Source: a virus
DNA length: 64,000 bases
Virus record (IMG/VR): IMGVR_UViG_3300047462_000282
Coordinates: 49,337-113,336 of that record
Strand: one strand, 5' to 3'
Made by a program: the position numbers and the translations under genes. Of the stretch, positions 1-10,044 are shown in pieces. Numbering within the stretch: the stretch's first letter is position 1; each line of letters starts with the position of its first letter. The notes beneath the pieces were generated by a model. That model was not told the DNA's origin, searched no databases, and worked only from the letters and a program-made list of their open reading frames with translations.

Positions 1-258
1 TATTGTTCTTTGTGCGATGGAGAGCTGCCTAACATTACGCATTTCGTCAAAATACAGATGAAGAGCTTAAAACAATTTCGACAAAAATCTCCCAAGCCGT
101 TTGCAATCAAATGTCAAAAGTGCGAAAAAGAAGATCAGCCAGTGATATCTGGTGACGATATAGTGTGTCCAGGGTGCAACAAGCCACACTCTCATTTGAG
201 CGAGCCCTTCAAGATCATGTTGAGAGATAAATTAAGAACAGTAAATAAAGACGTGTAA
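1..258 (+). CDS. Zn-ribbon protein, probably truncated at the left window edge
   Basis: Frame is open from base 1 (YCSLCDGE...); Cys pairs CSLC, CQKC and CPGC. Confidence 0.55.
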   Translation, partial: YCSLCDGELPNITHFVKIQMKSLKQFRQKSPKPFAIKCQKCEKEDQPVISGDDIVCPGCNKPHSHLSEPFKIMLRDKLRTVNKDV

Positions 259-265
259 GAGGCAT

Positions 266-1042
266 ATGCTAGATAAAATTGTGGAGTCGTGCAGATTCCT
301 ACTCAACAATTTTCCAGAAGCACAAGAGAGCCTATCCTATTTAGATTCTCGTATTAATAAAGAAAGTCAAGAACTGTTTCAGTTTGGTTACTTTCCTGGA
401 ATTCATAATTTGCAAGCCCTGACCTCCCTGGTTGGTGAGGAAGAGCTGCAAAAAAATGGTCTCTTATATCATAAGACCATTGAGGATTCCCTTTGTCCAA
501 GAACAATAAGCTTTTGCTATTTTGAAGACCATCATTTAGTAATGCCCTTCCGTAACATCTATGGCAAGATTGTTGCTATGGTAGGCAGAAATTTACTGAC
601 GGATGAAGAAAGAAAAGTTGGTAAAATATCCAAATATAAGAATACAGCTGAATCTACTGAATTTAAGAAAGGTAATTTATTATTTGGTCTTTATGAAAAT
701 AAACAACATATTTTAGACCAAAACTGCGTCTATGTCGTAGAAGGTCAATTCGACGTCATTAAAGCTGTTGAAAAGGGATTTAGAAATGTGGTCGCATTAG
801 GAACTTCTAATATGACTGCCTATCAATTTTCTGTCATCAGCAGATACACCAATAACATATTTTTATTATTGGATAACGATGTTTCTGGTGAAAAGGGGAG
901 GAAAAAGATAATAGAAAACTTTGGCAAATTTGTCAATATTCGTAATTTTTACATACCTGAAAGCTATAATGACATTGATGAATACATTACCAAGGGTAAG
1001 ATTGGTAGTTATGAAGATATGTCTTTCGTTGTAAAGGACTAA
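266..1042 (+). CDS. dnaG: DnaG-type DNA primase catalytic core (TOPRIM), no N-terminal zinc-binding domain
   Basis: LVMPFRNIYGKIVAMVGR, SKYKNT..FKKGNLLFGL, VYVVEGQFDV and LLDNDVSG match DnaG core and TOPRIM motifs. Confidence 0.9.
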   Translation: MLDKIVESCRFLLNNFPEAQESLSYLDSRINKESQELFQFGYFPGIHNLQALTSLVGEEELQKNGLLYHKTIEDSLCPRTISFCYFEDHHLVMPFRNIYGKIVAMVGRNLLTDEERKVGKISKYKNTAESTEFKKGNLLFGLYENKQHILDQNCVYVVEGQFDVIKAVEKGFRNVVALGTSNMTAYQFSVISRYTNNIFLLLDNDVSGEKGRKKIIENFGKFVNIRNFYIPESYNDIDEYITKGKIGSYEDMSFVVKD

Positions 1043-1113
1043 GAATTTACTTTAATTCCAAACCCTTATCATTGATATATTCTGATTCAGTCTCTACTTT
1101 ATAGGGGTTCAAT

Positions 1114-1554
1114 ATGACCAAAAGACAAAATCGTTCAGATCGTTACCAGTGGGTGTTGTTAGAAACAGTTTGCTCAAATGACATGATGGAAGCGTTTTGT
1201 AACGAAGATAGTATCTACAATAGGTTAAATCCGTTTGAGTATAACGAAAACCTCATTGAACTGGAAGAACAACTAAAGAAAGAGTTTTGGAGAGTGGTAG
1301 ATACACTACTTACCCCAAGACAAAGAGAAGTAATCCGTCTTTATGCGGATGGCTATACCCAAATGGAAATAGCTAAGATGTTAAATGTTAATCAAAGTTC
1401 CATTACCAAGTCTTTGAATGGTAACGTGGACTATAAAAACGGTAAGAAGATTTACGGCGGAGCCCGTAAGAAAATTCGCAAGATCATCGAAAATGATGAG
1501 AAAATCAAGGAAATTCTCGCCAAAATGGCTGAGACTAGAGAAGAGAAATGGTAA
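1114..1554 (+). CDS. Sigma70 region-4 / LuxR-like HTH transcription factor
   Basis: LLTPRQREVIRLYADGYTQMEIAKMLNVNQSSITKSL. Confidence 0.75.
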   Translation: MTKRQNRSDRYQWVLLETVCSNDMMEAFCNEDSIYNRLNPFEYNENLIELEEQLKKEFWRVVDTLLTPRQREVIRLYADGYTQMEIAKMLNVNQSSITKSLNGNVDYKNGKKIYGGARKKIRKIIENDEKIKEILAKMAETREEKW

Positions 1555-1577
1555 AATTACCAGCATAGAATGTGTAA

Positions 1578-1614
1578 AGTGCCCAGTTTATTCGTAAGCT
1601 GGGCATTTTCTTTT
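1578..1614 (+). terminator. Rho-independent terminator separating the replication block from the head module
   Basis: Stem tgcccagttta / taagctgggca with TTCG loop, followed by ttttctttt. Confidence 0.85.
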
Positions 1615-1675
1615 GTCCATAATACTACCAATAATTCTCTATGTATGGTAAGGCATATTCTGTTCAACGGGAGAC

Positions 1676-2131
1676 GTGATGTCAAAAAATTCGATAGATT
1701 ACTCTGGTTTAGCACACAAAATCTACAAGAAAGCCTTTAAACTCAGCGAGGTTAAGGACCAGCTTGAGTCTGTGGCTTGGGATGTAGTTAGATTTAAGGA
1801 CGGGGATAAGGGTGCTGATTTATGGCAAGTCCAAAGCGCAGAAGATGGTGAATACATCGTTGCCCTATACCAACCTGAAGAAGAAGAAAAGACTGCTTGG
1901 GAAGTAACCGTTAGTAAGACTGCAAGCGACTTGCAAGTCTCTTACAAAGGCGATCCAATTGTCAGATTGGCTGCTGAAAAACTAGGAATCCCACGCGCAG
2001 AGTTGCATGCGGTTCCAGGATACTTACCTTCTAAATTAGCTGCTAACAAGAAATTGGTCAAGGCTTTATTAAATGAGCTTTCCGAATCAGCTAAAAAAGA
2101 GGTATTAAATAAATACCCTGAGTTGGTTTAA
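1676..2131 (+). CDS. Hypothetical protein, probable virion protein (GTG 1676 or ATG 1679)
   Basis: First ORF of the head operon; SD-like GGGAG; KTA motifs. Confidence 0.6.
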   Translation: MMSKNSIDYSGLAHKIYKKAFKLSEVKDQLESVAWDVVRFKDGDKGADLWQVQSAEDGEYIVALYQPEEEEKTAWEVTVSKTASDLQVSYKGDPIVRLAAEKLGIPRAELHAVPGYLPSKLAANKKLVKALLNELSESAKKEVLNKYPELV

Positions 2132-2152
2132 CATTATAGAATAGGTGTGTAA

Positions 2153-3760
2153 ATGAGCCTCGACAAAATTCAACAACTAGTAGGTTCTCTAGCAAAGTCC
2201 GTAGAAGATAACGAGAGAATAGCTACCCCAATTCTTGCCGCTAAGTTAGCCAAGGCAGTAGATGCTTACCCAAGTGACCACACTATCGGCGCAATGTCCA
2301 GAGTGGTTCACAAAATGGCATCCAATAACACCATGTTCATCCGCAAAGCGGAATTGAGAACGCTTTACAACAAACTGTATACTCGTAATACTAAGTTTGC
2401 TGAGTTGTTCCAAAATGAAATGGGTCAAGTAGAAGAGCTAAAAGGAGCTACTACTTATCAGAGAGACGAAGCAGTTCAAGTGAATCCATACGAAGTTGGT
2501 GACACTGTACTAGCCAACGCACTGCAAAGTGTATTCGACAAGCACCTACCAGTCAAGATGTACTCTCAACCACTAGCTGATAAGGCTATGGCATCTGTTG
2601 CTTCCACTTTGGATGCTTGGAATTTGAAGCCAAGTGCCATTGCAGTAAGTGATGGTAACGACAAGTTCATTGTAATTAAGGCTGATTACGAAACTCCAAA
2701 GGGAGTCACTAGCTTTTATGTTCCAGTAGAAGTCCAAAATAACAAGGTAGTTGAAGCCGAAGTTTTCATGGGAAATACTGGTCCACAAGAGTTGAACTAT
2801 ACCGCACTAAAGGCTTATCTAACTACTTTTGCTGGTAACAAGTTGTCAATCAGTGGCACCAGCATTTTGAGCGTACTAACCACCGCAGCTTCTGAGAATC
2901 GCGAAGTTAGTGATGCAGAAATTGCTTTGACTAAGCTAAATGCTACCAGACAAGGTAAAGCTGAATTCTTCCAGAATCAGATTGTTGGACAGAAAATTGC
3001 CGAGGCATCTAAGAAGGATGTTGAACTTCCAAAATACGATGAATTCGTTTCTTTTGAAAAGCAATTTACTTCCGCATATGGACAAGCAGCGTTCCAATTT
3101 GGTGCTGACAAGGTTAAAGTTGCCAGAGACCACATTGTTAGAGAGCTAACTGGTTATGGTCACAAGAACCCTCAAGTTAATGTTGCTAAGAGTGATGACC
3201 ATACTATTTTCTACAACGTCGCCTTAGACGCTGGCAGAGTTGGTTTCGTTGTTCCAGTCAAGCTAGCTGATGGTAAGATTACTAAGCCTAGCGTTATGTT
3301 GTGCAACGGCACCGTATCCTCATTCAACCAAGAAGGTATTAACGAGTTGTATGTCAGCAATGCCAGCGATTTCAAAGCTGCAGCAGCTGCATCTCCACAA
3401 TTCGAATTGAAGCCAAGTGATTTGTTAGCAAACATCAGAAAAGCACTTGCCGAAGGCAACCATGCTAGTGCAGAAGATGCTTTGAATGTGCTATCAAGCG
3501 CTGGAGATGAGAAGGCTTATGCCACTGGATTCCAGCTATTCATGCAATGTCTAGCTAATAAGAAGGAAGCAACTGCTCCATCTCAATGTTCTAAGATGGT
3601 TAGAAACGCAAGCAGCGAGCACCCAATTTGCAGCCATACCGGCTTGCCAGTTCACAAAGTATATCAAGACAAAGATGGTAACTGCCGTCCTCTTTACAGA
3701 AGAGGAATGGAAGAAACCTATGAGGGCGCGGTTTTCAATAACTCTAAGATCTTCGGGTGA
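2153..3760 (+). CDS. Hypothetical 535-aa probable virion protein with Cys/His-rich C-terminus
   Basis: Long ORF with highly-expressed-type codon bias; C-terminal CSKM..CSHTG..CRP. Confidence 0.65.
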   Translation: MSLDKIQQLVGSLAKSVEDNERIATPILAAKLAKAVDAYPSDHTIGAMSRVVHKMASNNTMFIRKAELRTLYNKLYTRNTKFAELFQNEMGQVEELKGATTYQRDEAVQVNPYEVGDTVLANALQSVFDKHLPVKMYSQPLADKAMASVASTLDAWNLKPSAIAVSDGNDKFIVIKADYETPKGVTSFYVPVEVQNNKVVEAEVFMGNTGPQELNYTALKAYLTTFAGNKLSISGTSILSVLTTAASENREVSDAEIALTKLNATRQGKAEFFQNQIVGQKIAEASKKDVELPKYDEFVSFEKQFTSAYGQAAFQFGADKVKVARDHIVRELTGYGHKNPQVNVAKSDDHTIFYNVALDAGRVGFVVPVKLADGKITKPSVMLCNGTVSSFNQEGINELYVSNASDFKAAAAASPQFELKPSDLLANIRKALAEGNHASAEDALNVLSSAGDEKAYATGFQLFMQCLANKKEATAPSQCSKMVRNASSEHPICSHTGLPVHKVYQDKDGNCRPLYRRGMEETYEGAVFNNSKIFG

Positions 3761-3763
3761 TCT

Positions 3764-4654
3764 ATGAGATTGGCAAGGCTCGCTAAACTCTACGCTTGGA
3801 AATACAAGATCGCTGCCTCCCCAGCTGATTTAGAGAACGACTTGCGCCGTAAAATCATTGTGTTGTGGACTTATCCAAACAAGAATTTCGGAATTCTTAA
3901 GGCATGCGCTGAATCTGGTGCGGCAAAACCACAAACACCAAATGAACGTAAAGCAGTAGCTGGATATCAATTCTGTAAACAATTATTGTCAATTATTGAT
4001 TATTTGAAAGTTAATTATCTAAATATTAGTTTGCCAGAAATTAGAGAAGTATTAACCGACTTAATTCAATTAATCAATTCTAATAAAGATATGAAATTTA
4101 GTTCTGATGGTGCGCCGTCTGAAGATGGAGAACCATCTGCAGTTCAATTTCCACATGTTTCTGAATTAATTTTTCAAATGGTACCTATTTCTAAGAAGCA
4201 TGATATGAAGCTTAGAAATGAACAGTTTGGCAAAGCTAAAACTGGTTTGGCTAGAATTATGAGTGTGGCTATTGGGATGATGGATGATATCCATGAACTA
4301 GAAAGAGTTGCTCCAGAAAAATTCCAAGGTTATCAACCACAAACAGAGGTTGATATTGACCAGCCAATGCCTGGAAGATTTGCTCCTCAAAGGGCACCAC
4401 TGTCTGAATATGATATCATTGACTTTATTAGGCAGCATGGCAGTGAATATGGCATCTCCTCTCAAGAGGATTGGGGCACTGTTTTCCGTGATGACCCTCA
4501 ATTAAAACAAGATATGACAACGGTTATTAATGCATTGAATAGAGGACATTATCCAAAGGATTCTGCAGATGTCAAGATGCAAATCGCTGAGATCATTAAG
4601 AATCACGAACAAAGAAAGTCTTCCAATGCCCCTCTTTTTGAGGACGTAGAATAA
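3764..4654 (+). CDS. Hypothetical protein
   Basis: 296-aa ORF tightly packed in the operon. Confidence 0.6.
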   Translation: MRLARLAKLYAWKYKIAASPADLENDLRRKIIVLWTYPNKNFGILKACAESGAAKPQTPNERKAVAGYQFCKQLLSIIDYLKVNYLNISLPEIREVLTDLIQLINSNKDMKFSSDGAPSEDGEPSAVQFPHVSELIFQMVPISKKHDMKLRNEQFGKAKTGLARIMSVAIGMMDDIHELERVAPEKFQGYQPQTEVDIDQPMPGRFAPQRAPLSEYDIIDFIRQHGSEYGISSQEDWGTVFRDDPQLKQDMTTVINALNRGHYPKDSADVKMQIAEIIKNHEQRKSSNAPLFEDVE

Positions 4655-4666
4655 ACAGAGGCACTT

Positions 4667-5386
4667 ATGAGAATCGCAGAAATGTTACAAGCTATCGCAT
4701 CTTGGCTGGAAAGTCCAGACAATGAGGCTTTGCTATTAGCCGAATATCACGACGACAGCATGAAAGTTGTTGCCGAGAATTGTGTTCTTGCTGCCGCTCT
4801 TTTAAAGAGTGCCGCTGAACAAGTATCCGAAATGGAACCACCTCCAGAATCCAATTTAACTCCTGAAAACATCCAGGAAATTGCTAATCTTGCCAATGCT
4901 TTCGACGCTTCCGGTGATCCAGGTCTAAAGAAGCAAGCTTCTGTACTTGACGAACTACTACTATCTATTGCAGCTCCGCCAAATGCTTATGCTGAGAGAA
5001 AAGATCTACAAGAGCAAAGATTAGTCGAACTAAAGAAAAAGTACGAGCAACCTCGTGAAGATTTGGCTGAAGCTAACTTGATTAACAAGTCAGAAAAGGC
5101 AATTGATAAAAGTGAGATGACCAAGAGATACAATATTTTGGAAGCTCCACTTAGCTCCAGATATTGTCCAGATCATCCAGGCGTTCAAATTGCTCGTGTG
5201 GGTGAACACATGTGGCAATGCGAGATGGATAAGAAAACCTATAACTTTGAGACCGGTTTCGAATTGAACAATGGTGCCAAGGTTCCAGGTGGTGACGTTG
5301 CTCAACAAACTCAGAACTCTCTTAACGTTCCATATCACGCTATCTTCGATACCCGTGAAGGCAGACTTGGTTACAACAAGCCATGA
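4667..5386 (+). CDS. Hypothetical protein with small Cys/His motif (YCPDH..WQC)
   Basis: 239-aa ORF with SD GAGG; carries the shared helical module LANAFDASG. Confidence 0.6.
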   Translation: MRIAEMLQAIASWLESPDNEALLLAEYHDDSMKVVAENCVLAAALLKSAAEQVSEMEPPPESNLTPENIQEIANLANAFDASGDPGLKKQASVLDELLLSIAAPPNAYAERKDLQEQRLVELKKKYEQPREDLAEANLINKSEKAIDKSEMTKRYNILEAPLSSRYCPDHPGVQIARVGEHMWQCEMDKKTYNFETGFELNNGAKVPGGDVAQQTQNSLNVPYHAIFDTREGRLGYNKP

Positions 5387-5395
5387 AGGATTTTA

Positions 5396-6154
5396 ATGAA
5401 CAAACCAGCTTACAAAAAAATTCTGGAGCATCCAGATAAGGATGAAATTATTGCTAAGTTGGTGACTGGTCAATCGCCTGCCGAGATACATGAATGGTTA
5501 AAAGCTAAATATACCAATGTAAGTGAATCGAAGTTTGTCTTAACTGAGAAACTTCTAAAGTCATTTCAAAATACATATTTAGATTTCTATAATGATATTC
5601 AAGAAGATTTAGCTAAAACTAAAACGGCTCTGGCAACCAACACCTCTGATCAGCTAGATTTAGCAGTCAAGGGCAATCCAGCATATAAAGATGCTATGCT
5701 CAAGCTTGCCAATGGAGAGCTAGATGTTGATAGAATTTTAGCTAATTTAGCTATTAATATAGAGACTCGTTTGTCTCAAATTTTTGATTATATTCAGGAA
5801 AATCCTAGGGATGTTAATACTAGAATAGACCGCTTGATCACAGAATATGCTGATACCTTGGGTAATTTATTAGATAAATACCATAAGTGGAAGGAAGTTC
5901 GCCCTGATCAAATCATCCAGCACAACGTGACTTTGCAGGTCGTAGACCAGCATATTTCGGTATTTCATGATGTAATCAAAGAGGTTTTATCTCAAATGGA
6001 TTTGGAAACTTCCCTATATTTCATGGAAGTATTCAATGAGAAAATGGCTAAGCTAAAGATGCCAACTCCAGAAGCTCCGCCATCAACTGAGATGAAACTT
6101 GCTGAAGCTAAATTGCTTAACGAGACCATCAATAAGAAGATTAACGAGTCATGA
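5396..6154 (+). CDS. Hypothetical protein, possible terminase small subunit
   Basis: N-terminal HPDKDEIIAKLVTGQSPAEIHEWLK looks like the HTH of Mu-gp27-like small terminases, followed by long helices; it lies 6 kb from terL. Confidence 0.3.
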   Translation: MNKPAYKKILEHPDKDEIIAKLVTGQSPAEIHEWLKAKYTNVSESKFVLTEKLLKSFQNTYLDFYNDIQEDLAKTKTALATNTSDQLDLAVKGNPAYKDAMLKLANGELDVDRILANLAINIETRLSQIFDYIQENPRDVNTRIDRLITEYADTLGNLLDKYHKWKEVRPDQIIQHNVTLQVVDQHISVFHDVIKEVLSQMDLETSLYFMEVFNEKMAKLKMPTPEAPPSTEMKLAEAKLLNETINKKINES

Positions 6155-8100
6155 CCAACAAACACCACTCACCAATTATCGATATGCCATCCAAGGAACA
6201 ATTGGAAATGGCTACTCGTCCATCTGATGAAGAATTGGTGTTGAATCCAGAAATGAAGACTAAGCTTGAAAAGTTGATGAAGTATTTTGATGAGGTGGGC
6301 ATCGACTACTCTAAATTTGATCCAGAGTCCATACCTCACCTAGATTTTAGCAAAAAGGACGCATATCCAAATTTCGACCAATACATGCACATCCCTGGGC
6401 AGCACAATACCCAAAAGTGGTTGGCAGCAGTTCGTTCTATTTATCAAACGGAGAAAAGTGGCAGTGGTCGTGTAGATGCTATTCGTAAAGCTACTTCAGG
6501 TTGGAATATCATGGAGACTTATGACTTCTTGAACTGGCTAAAATATCATGAATCAGGAGATCACTTGAAATACAAATTTGCACAACTATGGTATGAAAAC
6601 GGTGCTCCCGGTTATTTTTTACATGTGAAACCAGATCCAGTCAAAGAGCCAGAACCACAAGTTACTGGACGTGACATTGATTTCGCCAGAGACTCTGTTA
6701 CCGAAAAGACTGAGCGTAAACAAATTATCGAGAAGCAAAGAAATAAAATCATTGGACGCTTGGACTCAGCAGAAAAATTGCTAAGATCGCCTGATGGTCA
6801 AATCTTCTCTGGAAAAGAATTCGAATCACTACTGGAATCCATCTACGAATTAAAGAAGAGGATTCAGATGGTTAACAAGATTAGCTCTTCAACTAGATTG
6901 TATGAAGATATGATTGTGCGTCAAGCTAACGTACTTCAAAGGCAAGGTTTTACTAAGGCAGCATCTGTACTACATTCTTTGGCTCAAAGCCCAGCACAAT
7001 CTGGAGAAGAGGTAAAAGAGCAAGGTGAAGCAGGCGCTGGAAATGTAATTCCTCCAGCTACGCCACCAGACGATCCAACAGGTGCTGGTCATCCAGGCGC
7101 TCCAGGAGGATTGCCATCTATGGGTCCAGGTATGCCTCAAAACGCGCCTTCTGATAGCGTTCCAGAAACTGGTCCTAACGAAAATTTTCCAGGCAATCCA
7201 CAAGGTGGCGGAGGACAAGCTGCAACCACAACTCAAGCCCCAAACTCTTTGCCAGTAGAGCCACAAAAATCGAAAGGCATTAGTGAGTTTTTGGAAGGCA
7301 TGGAAACATCCAAGTTCACTACTGATGAGGGTGTAGCAGAAGATGATGGATTAGAAGTTGACGACAACATCAATGTAGCTGACGATGATATGCTATTGGT
7401 TACAGAGGCACAAGCAGCTCCACCAGGACCAATTGATGAGCCAATGACTACAGCTCCAGCACCAGCACCATTGGATCCCGCTCCGATCCCAACTCCAAAA
7501 GCACCTGTTGCACCAGATGCTCCCGCAACCGAAGAGCCCTTGGAAGTAACTGAAGATGATATTGCTGCTCCACCAGGAGAAGCTGCAGTGCCCGCTGCTA
7601 GCGACTTTGATAACAAAGTTGATGCAGTATTTGCAAACATCACTGTTGCTGACGTAGTTGCCAAACTAGAAGACTTAGCCAAAATTTACAAGACCAGAGA
7701 AGTTCCAAGACAACTTGGAATTGTAGATATGATGTTAGGCAGTCTTGGACTTGCCTCCTATTTCCCTTCTCTATCCGAAGCAACCAACAAAGCTCTTGAA
7801 TCAAATAACTATATCTCTACTCGTTTGGAAGACATTTTATCCAAGCTACGTGGTGGTATGGCTGGTAATGAAATTGATTTGAAGGGCGGAGAGACTACTG
7901 AAAAACCAGAGGTGGCTGCACTTAAGGGAAAATTGCAACAAGATGAAGATAAAGAAAAGGCTCGTAAGAAGATGAGAAAAGAACAAGAAGCCGCCGAATT
8001 AGCTGGTCCTGCCAAGGAAACTCCAGAAGTAGAAATCGCAGAAGATTTAGGCGCCCCTCCAGCAGCTGCACCTCGTCCGCCTGTCGCCCCAACCGTATAA
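6151..8100 (+). CDS. Large Pro/acidic-rich probable internal virion protein
   Basis: 649 aa with two Pro/Gly/Glu-rich low-complexity stretches; ATGA overlap with the previous gene. Confidence 0.65.
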   Translation: MTNKHHSPIIDMPSKEQLEMATRPSDEELVLNPEMKTKLEKLMKYFDEVGIDYSKFDPESIPHLDFSKKDAYPNFDQYMHIPGQHNTQKWLAAVRSIYQTEKSGSGRVDAIRKATSGWNIMETYDFLNWLKYHESGDHLKYKFAQLWYENGAPGYFLHVKPDPVKEPEPQVTGRDIDFARDSVTEKTERKQIIEKQRNKIIGRLDSAEKLLRSPDGQIFSGKEFESLLESIYELKKRIQMVNKISSSTRLYEDMIVRQANVLQRQGFTKAASVLHSLAQSPAQSGEEVKEQGEAGAGNVIPPATPPDDPTGAGHPGAPGGLPSMGPGMPQNAPSDSVPETGPNENFPGNPQGGGGQAATTTQAPNSLPVEPQKSKGISEFLEGMETSKFTTDEGVAEDDGLEVDDNINVADDDMLLVTEAQAAPPGPIDEPMTTAPAPAPLDPAPIPTPKAPVAPDAPATEEPLEVTEDDIAAPPGEAAVPAASDFDNKVDAVFANITVADVVAKLEDLAKIYKTREVPRQLGIVDMMLGSLGLASYFPSLSEATNKALESNNYISTRLEDILSKLRGGMAGNEIDLKGGETTEKPEVAALKGKLQQDEDKEKARKKMRKEQEAAELAGPAKETPEVEIAEDLGAPPAAAPRPPVAPTV

Positions 8101-8113
8101 TTGAAACAAATGA

Positions 8114-8887
8114 ATGAAACTCCGAGAACTACTCCACACGATGCAGGAAGTACAAAAGAAAATAGGGTCAGCTAAACCCTATATTTGTGGTGGTACGCCC
8201 CGCGATAAGTATATGGGGCACTTAGAGAATATTTCAGATTTGGATATTACTACAGGCGATAAGACTGTAGACTATTTGTCTCAAGAATTTGCTATTGAAC
8301 TAAAAAAGAAGTACAACATCACCAGAAAAACTATGGAAGATGGTCATAGCACTATCTTTGTGGGTACTCTGAAAATGGACTTCTCATCTAATTTTAATGT
8401 CCCAGGCATCGAACAAATTTTAGCTGCTCGTGGCATTCCCAATGCTACCGATATGCAAAAAGAGATGTTTAGTCGTGACTTCACATGTAACGCTTTACTA
8501 CTATCAATGGACCTAAAAAATATTGTAGATCCAACCAATAGAGGGTTTAAAGACATCAAAGAAAGAAAAATCAGAACTTGTTTAGATCCAAAAACCACAC
8601 TCACTTCCAATAGAAATAGAGTGATTCGAGCCATTTATTTAGCTGCTAAGTTGGATTTTGATTTAGATGATGCTATTGTTGAATTTGTACAAAAGAATCC
8701 AGAATCGGTTAAAATTTCCACTGAGAAGTCCATGGTAGAAAAGCTAAATGAAGCCTTCAAGCGTGATGCCGATAAATCTAGCTATTTAATTACTAAATTA
8801 GGTCTATGGAATCATATTCCTATTACCGAAGCCGTATATCCTTACTATATGAAAGCAGTTAAAGGGAAAACCAATGTGCCCAAATAA
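8114..8887 (+). CDS. Divergent class II nucleotidyltransferase (poly(A) polymerase / CCA-adding family)
   Basis: YICGGTPRD, DLDITTG, SRDFTCNALL, RVIRAIYLAAKLDF. Confidence 0.85.
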   Translation: MKLRELLHTMQEVQKKIGSAKPYICGGTPRDKYMGHLENISDLDITTGDKTVDYLSQEFAIELKKKYNITRKTMEDGHSTIFVGTLKMDFSSNFNVPGIEQILAARGIPNATDMQKEMFSRDFTCNALLLSMDLKNIVDPTNRGFKDIKERKIRTCLDPKTTLTSNRNRVIRAIYLAAKLDFDLDDAIVEFVQKNPESVKISTEKSMVEKLNEAFKRDADKSSYLITKLGLWNHIPITEAVYPYYMKAVKGKTNVPK

Positions 8888-9980
8888 AAAAGCATATTTT
8901 CAAGGCGACGGCGGACCTAATGAACCAACACCTGGAAAAAAGAAATACAAATCAGATCCTGCAATCGTGGTGCAACCTCGTTTCGAGGAACCATTTTATC
9001 GCAACTACGATTTGTATACAATTCCGGGAATGGAGCACGTCGGTCCAGGAACTGGCTGGCATGGTCTGCAAAATTACAAAAGTGTTAAAGAGTTTTTGGA
9101 TGCCCGTCGTGAACGTCTAAAACCACGTTATGTTGCCGATGATTCTTGGCAAATGGATAATGGTAATCGTGTAAAGAAAAATCCTGAACGTCAAGCTAGG
9201 GCTTCCATTTTTGAAAAAATTATTAAACAAGCCCGTATGCCAGGCATGAGTCTGGTTCATAAGTTAAATGACAAGTTTAAGGGCGATGACAATGATGGTC
9301 CAAACTTTGATTATGGTGATGGTGCCTATACTGCGATGAGTGAAGGTAAGAAGATAAAGACTATTACAGATGCTCCACATAAGAGCCCAGGCGCTTTCTT
9401 TGCTGACGATAATGAAGATCATATGCTGCCTCCCAAAGAGCATGGAACTTCAATCTATGACTGGAAGAATAGCCCATATCAAGGAGTGCCTAAGGCTCCT
9501 AAGAAGAAACATGATGTGCATTCTATAGATTATCCAATTGATGAAAATATTGGGTCAGGTCCTATCTTGGGAGATTCCGAGTCCTACAACAGCCCTATTC
9601 AGTTAGGTCCTACTGGCGAACCAGATACCTCAATTTCTCCTGAATCAGTTAATTTAGGAGATTCCGAGAGCTATCCTTACTCTGCCCAGATAGGCGGCTT
9701 GCTAGACAAGTACCTGCCTCAAAATGACTCCGAGGATAAAACCCCGGCTGAGCTAGATTTCGGGCGCGATTATACTGGCGATGAGCCTAAGATGGATTCT
9801 GAAAAAGTTAAGAATTTAATAGATAAGTATTTGAATCCAGCCCCTACCTCTGGCTTGTTTGGATTGCCAGATGGAGTAGACTTGCCAGATGAAGATTTAG
9901 GAAATCCAACGAATATTAACCCAGATTACGGCACAACAGATGTCGGAATCACTATGTATGAAGATAAATGGAATATTTAA
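8874..9980 (+). CDS. Acidic Gly/Pro-rich hypothetical virion protein
   Basis: Starts KKAYFQGDGGPNEPTPG, a motif shared with the scaffold protein; internal LGDSESY repeat. Confidence 0.6.
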   Translation: MCPNKKAYFQGDGGPNEPTPGKKKYKSDPAIVVQPRFEEPFYRNYDLYTIPGMEHVGPGTGWHGLQNYKSVKEFLDARRERLKPRYVADDSWQMDNGNRVKKNPERQARASIFEKIIKQARMPGMSLVHKLNDKFKGDDNDGPNFDYGDGAYTAMSEGKKIKTITDAPHKSPGAFFADDNEDHMLPPKEHGTSIYDWKNSPYQGVPKAPKKKHDVHSIDYPIDENIGSGPILGDSESYNSPIQLGPTGEPDTSISPESVNLGDSESYPYSAQIGGLLDKYLPQNDSEDKTPAELDFGRDYTGDEPKMDSEKVKNLIDKYLNPAPTSGLFGLPDGVDLPDEDLGNPTNINPDYGTTDVGITMYEDKWNI

Positions 9981-10044
9981 CCTACGGCTATTATTACATA
10001 TAAAGGCATACAGATATATGAAAACCCGTTCTAGAGGTATCTAA

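Noticed and set aside
6970-8015. Antisense ORFs opposite Pro-rich structural genes (also 15649..15984, 16721..17131, 23067..23528, 24921..25517)
   Set aside because: They are explained by low-complexity sense-strand coding and lack SD sequences or recognisable motifs.
8860-8895. Programmed +1 frameshift fusing the nucleotidyltransferase to the 8874 gene (CCC AAA TAA)
   Set aside because: It does not match the CCC-TAA shift site known from phage structural genes, and 8874 has its own ATG with an upstream AGGG.
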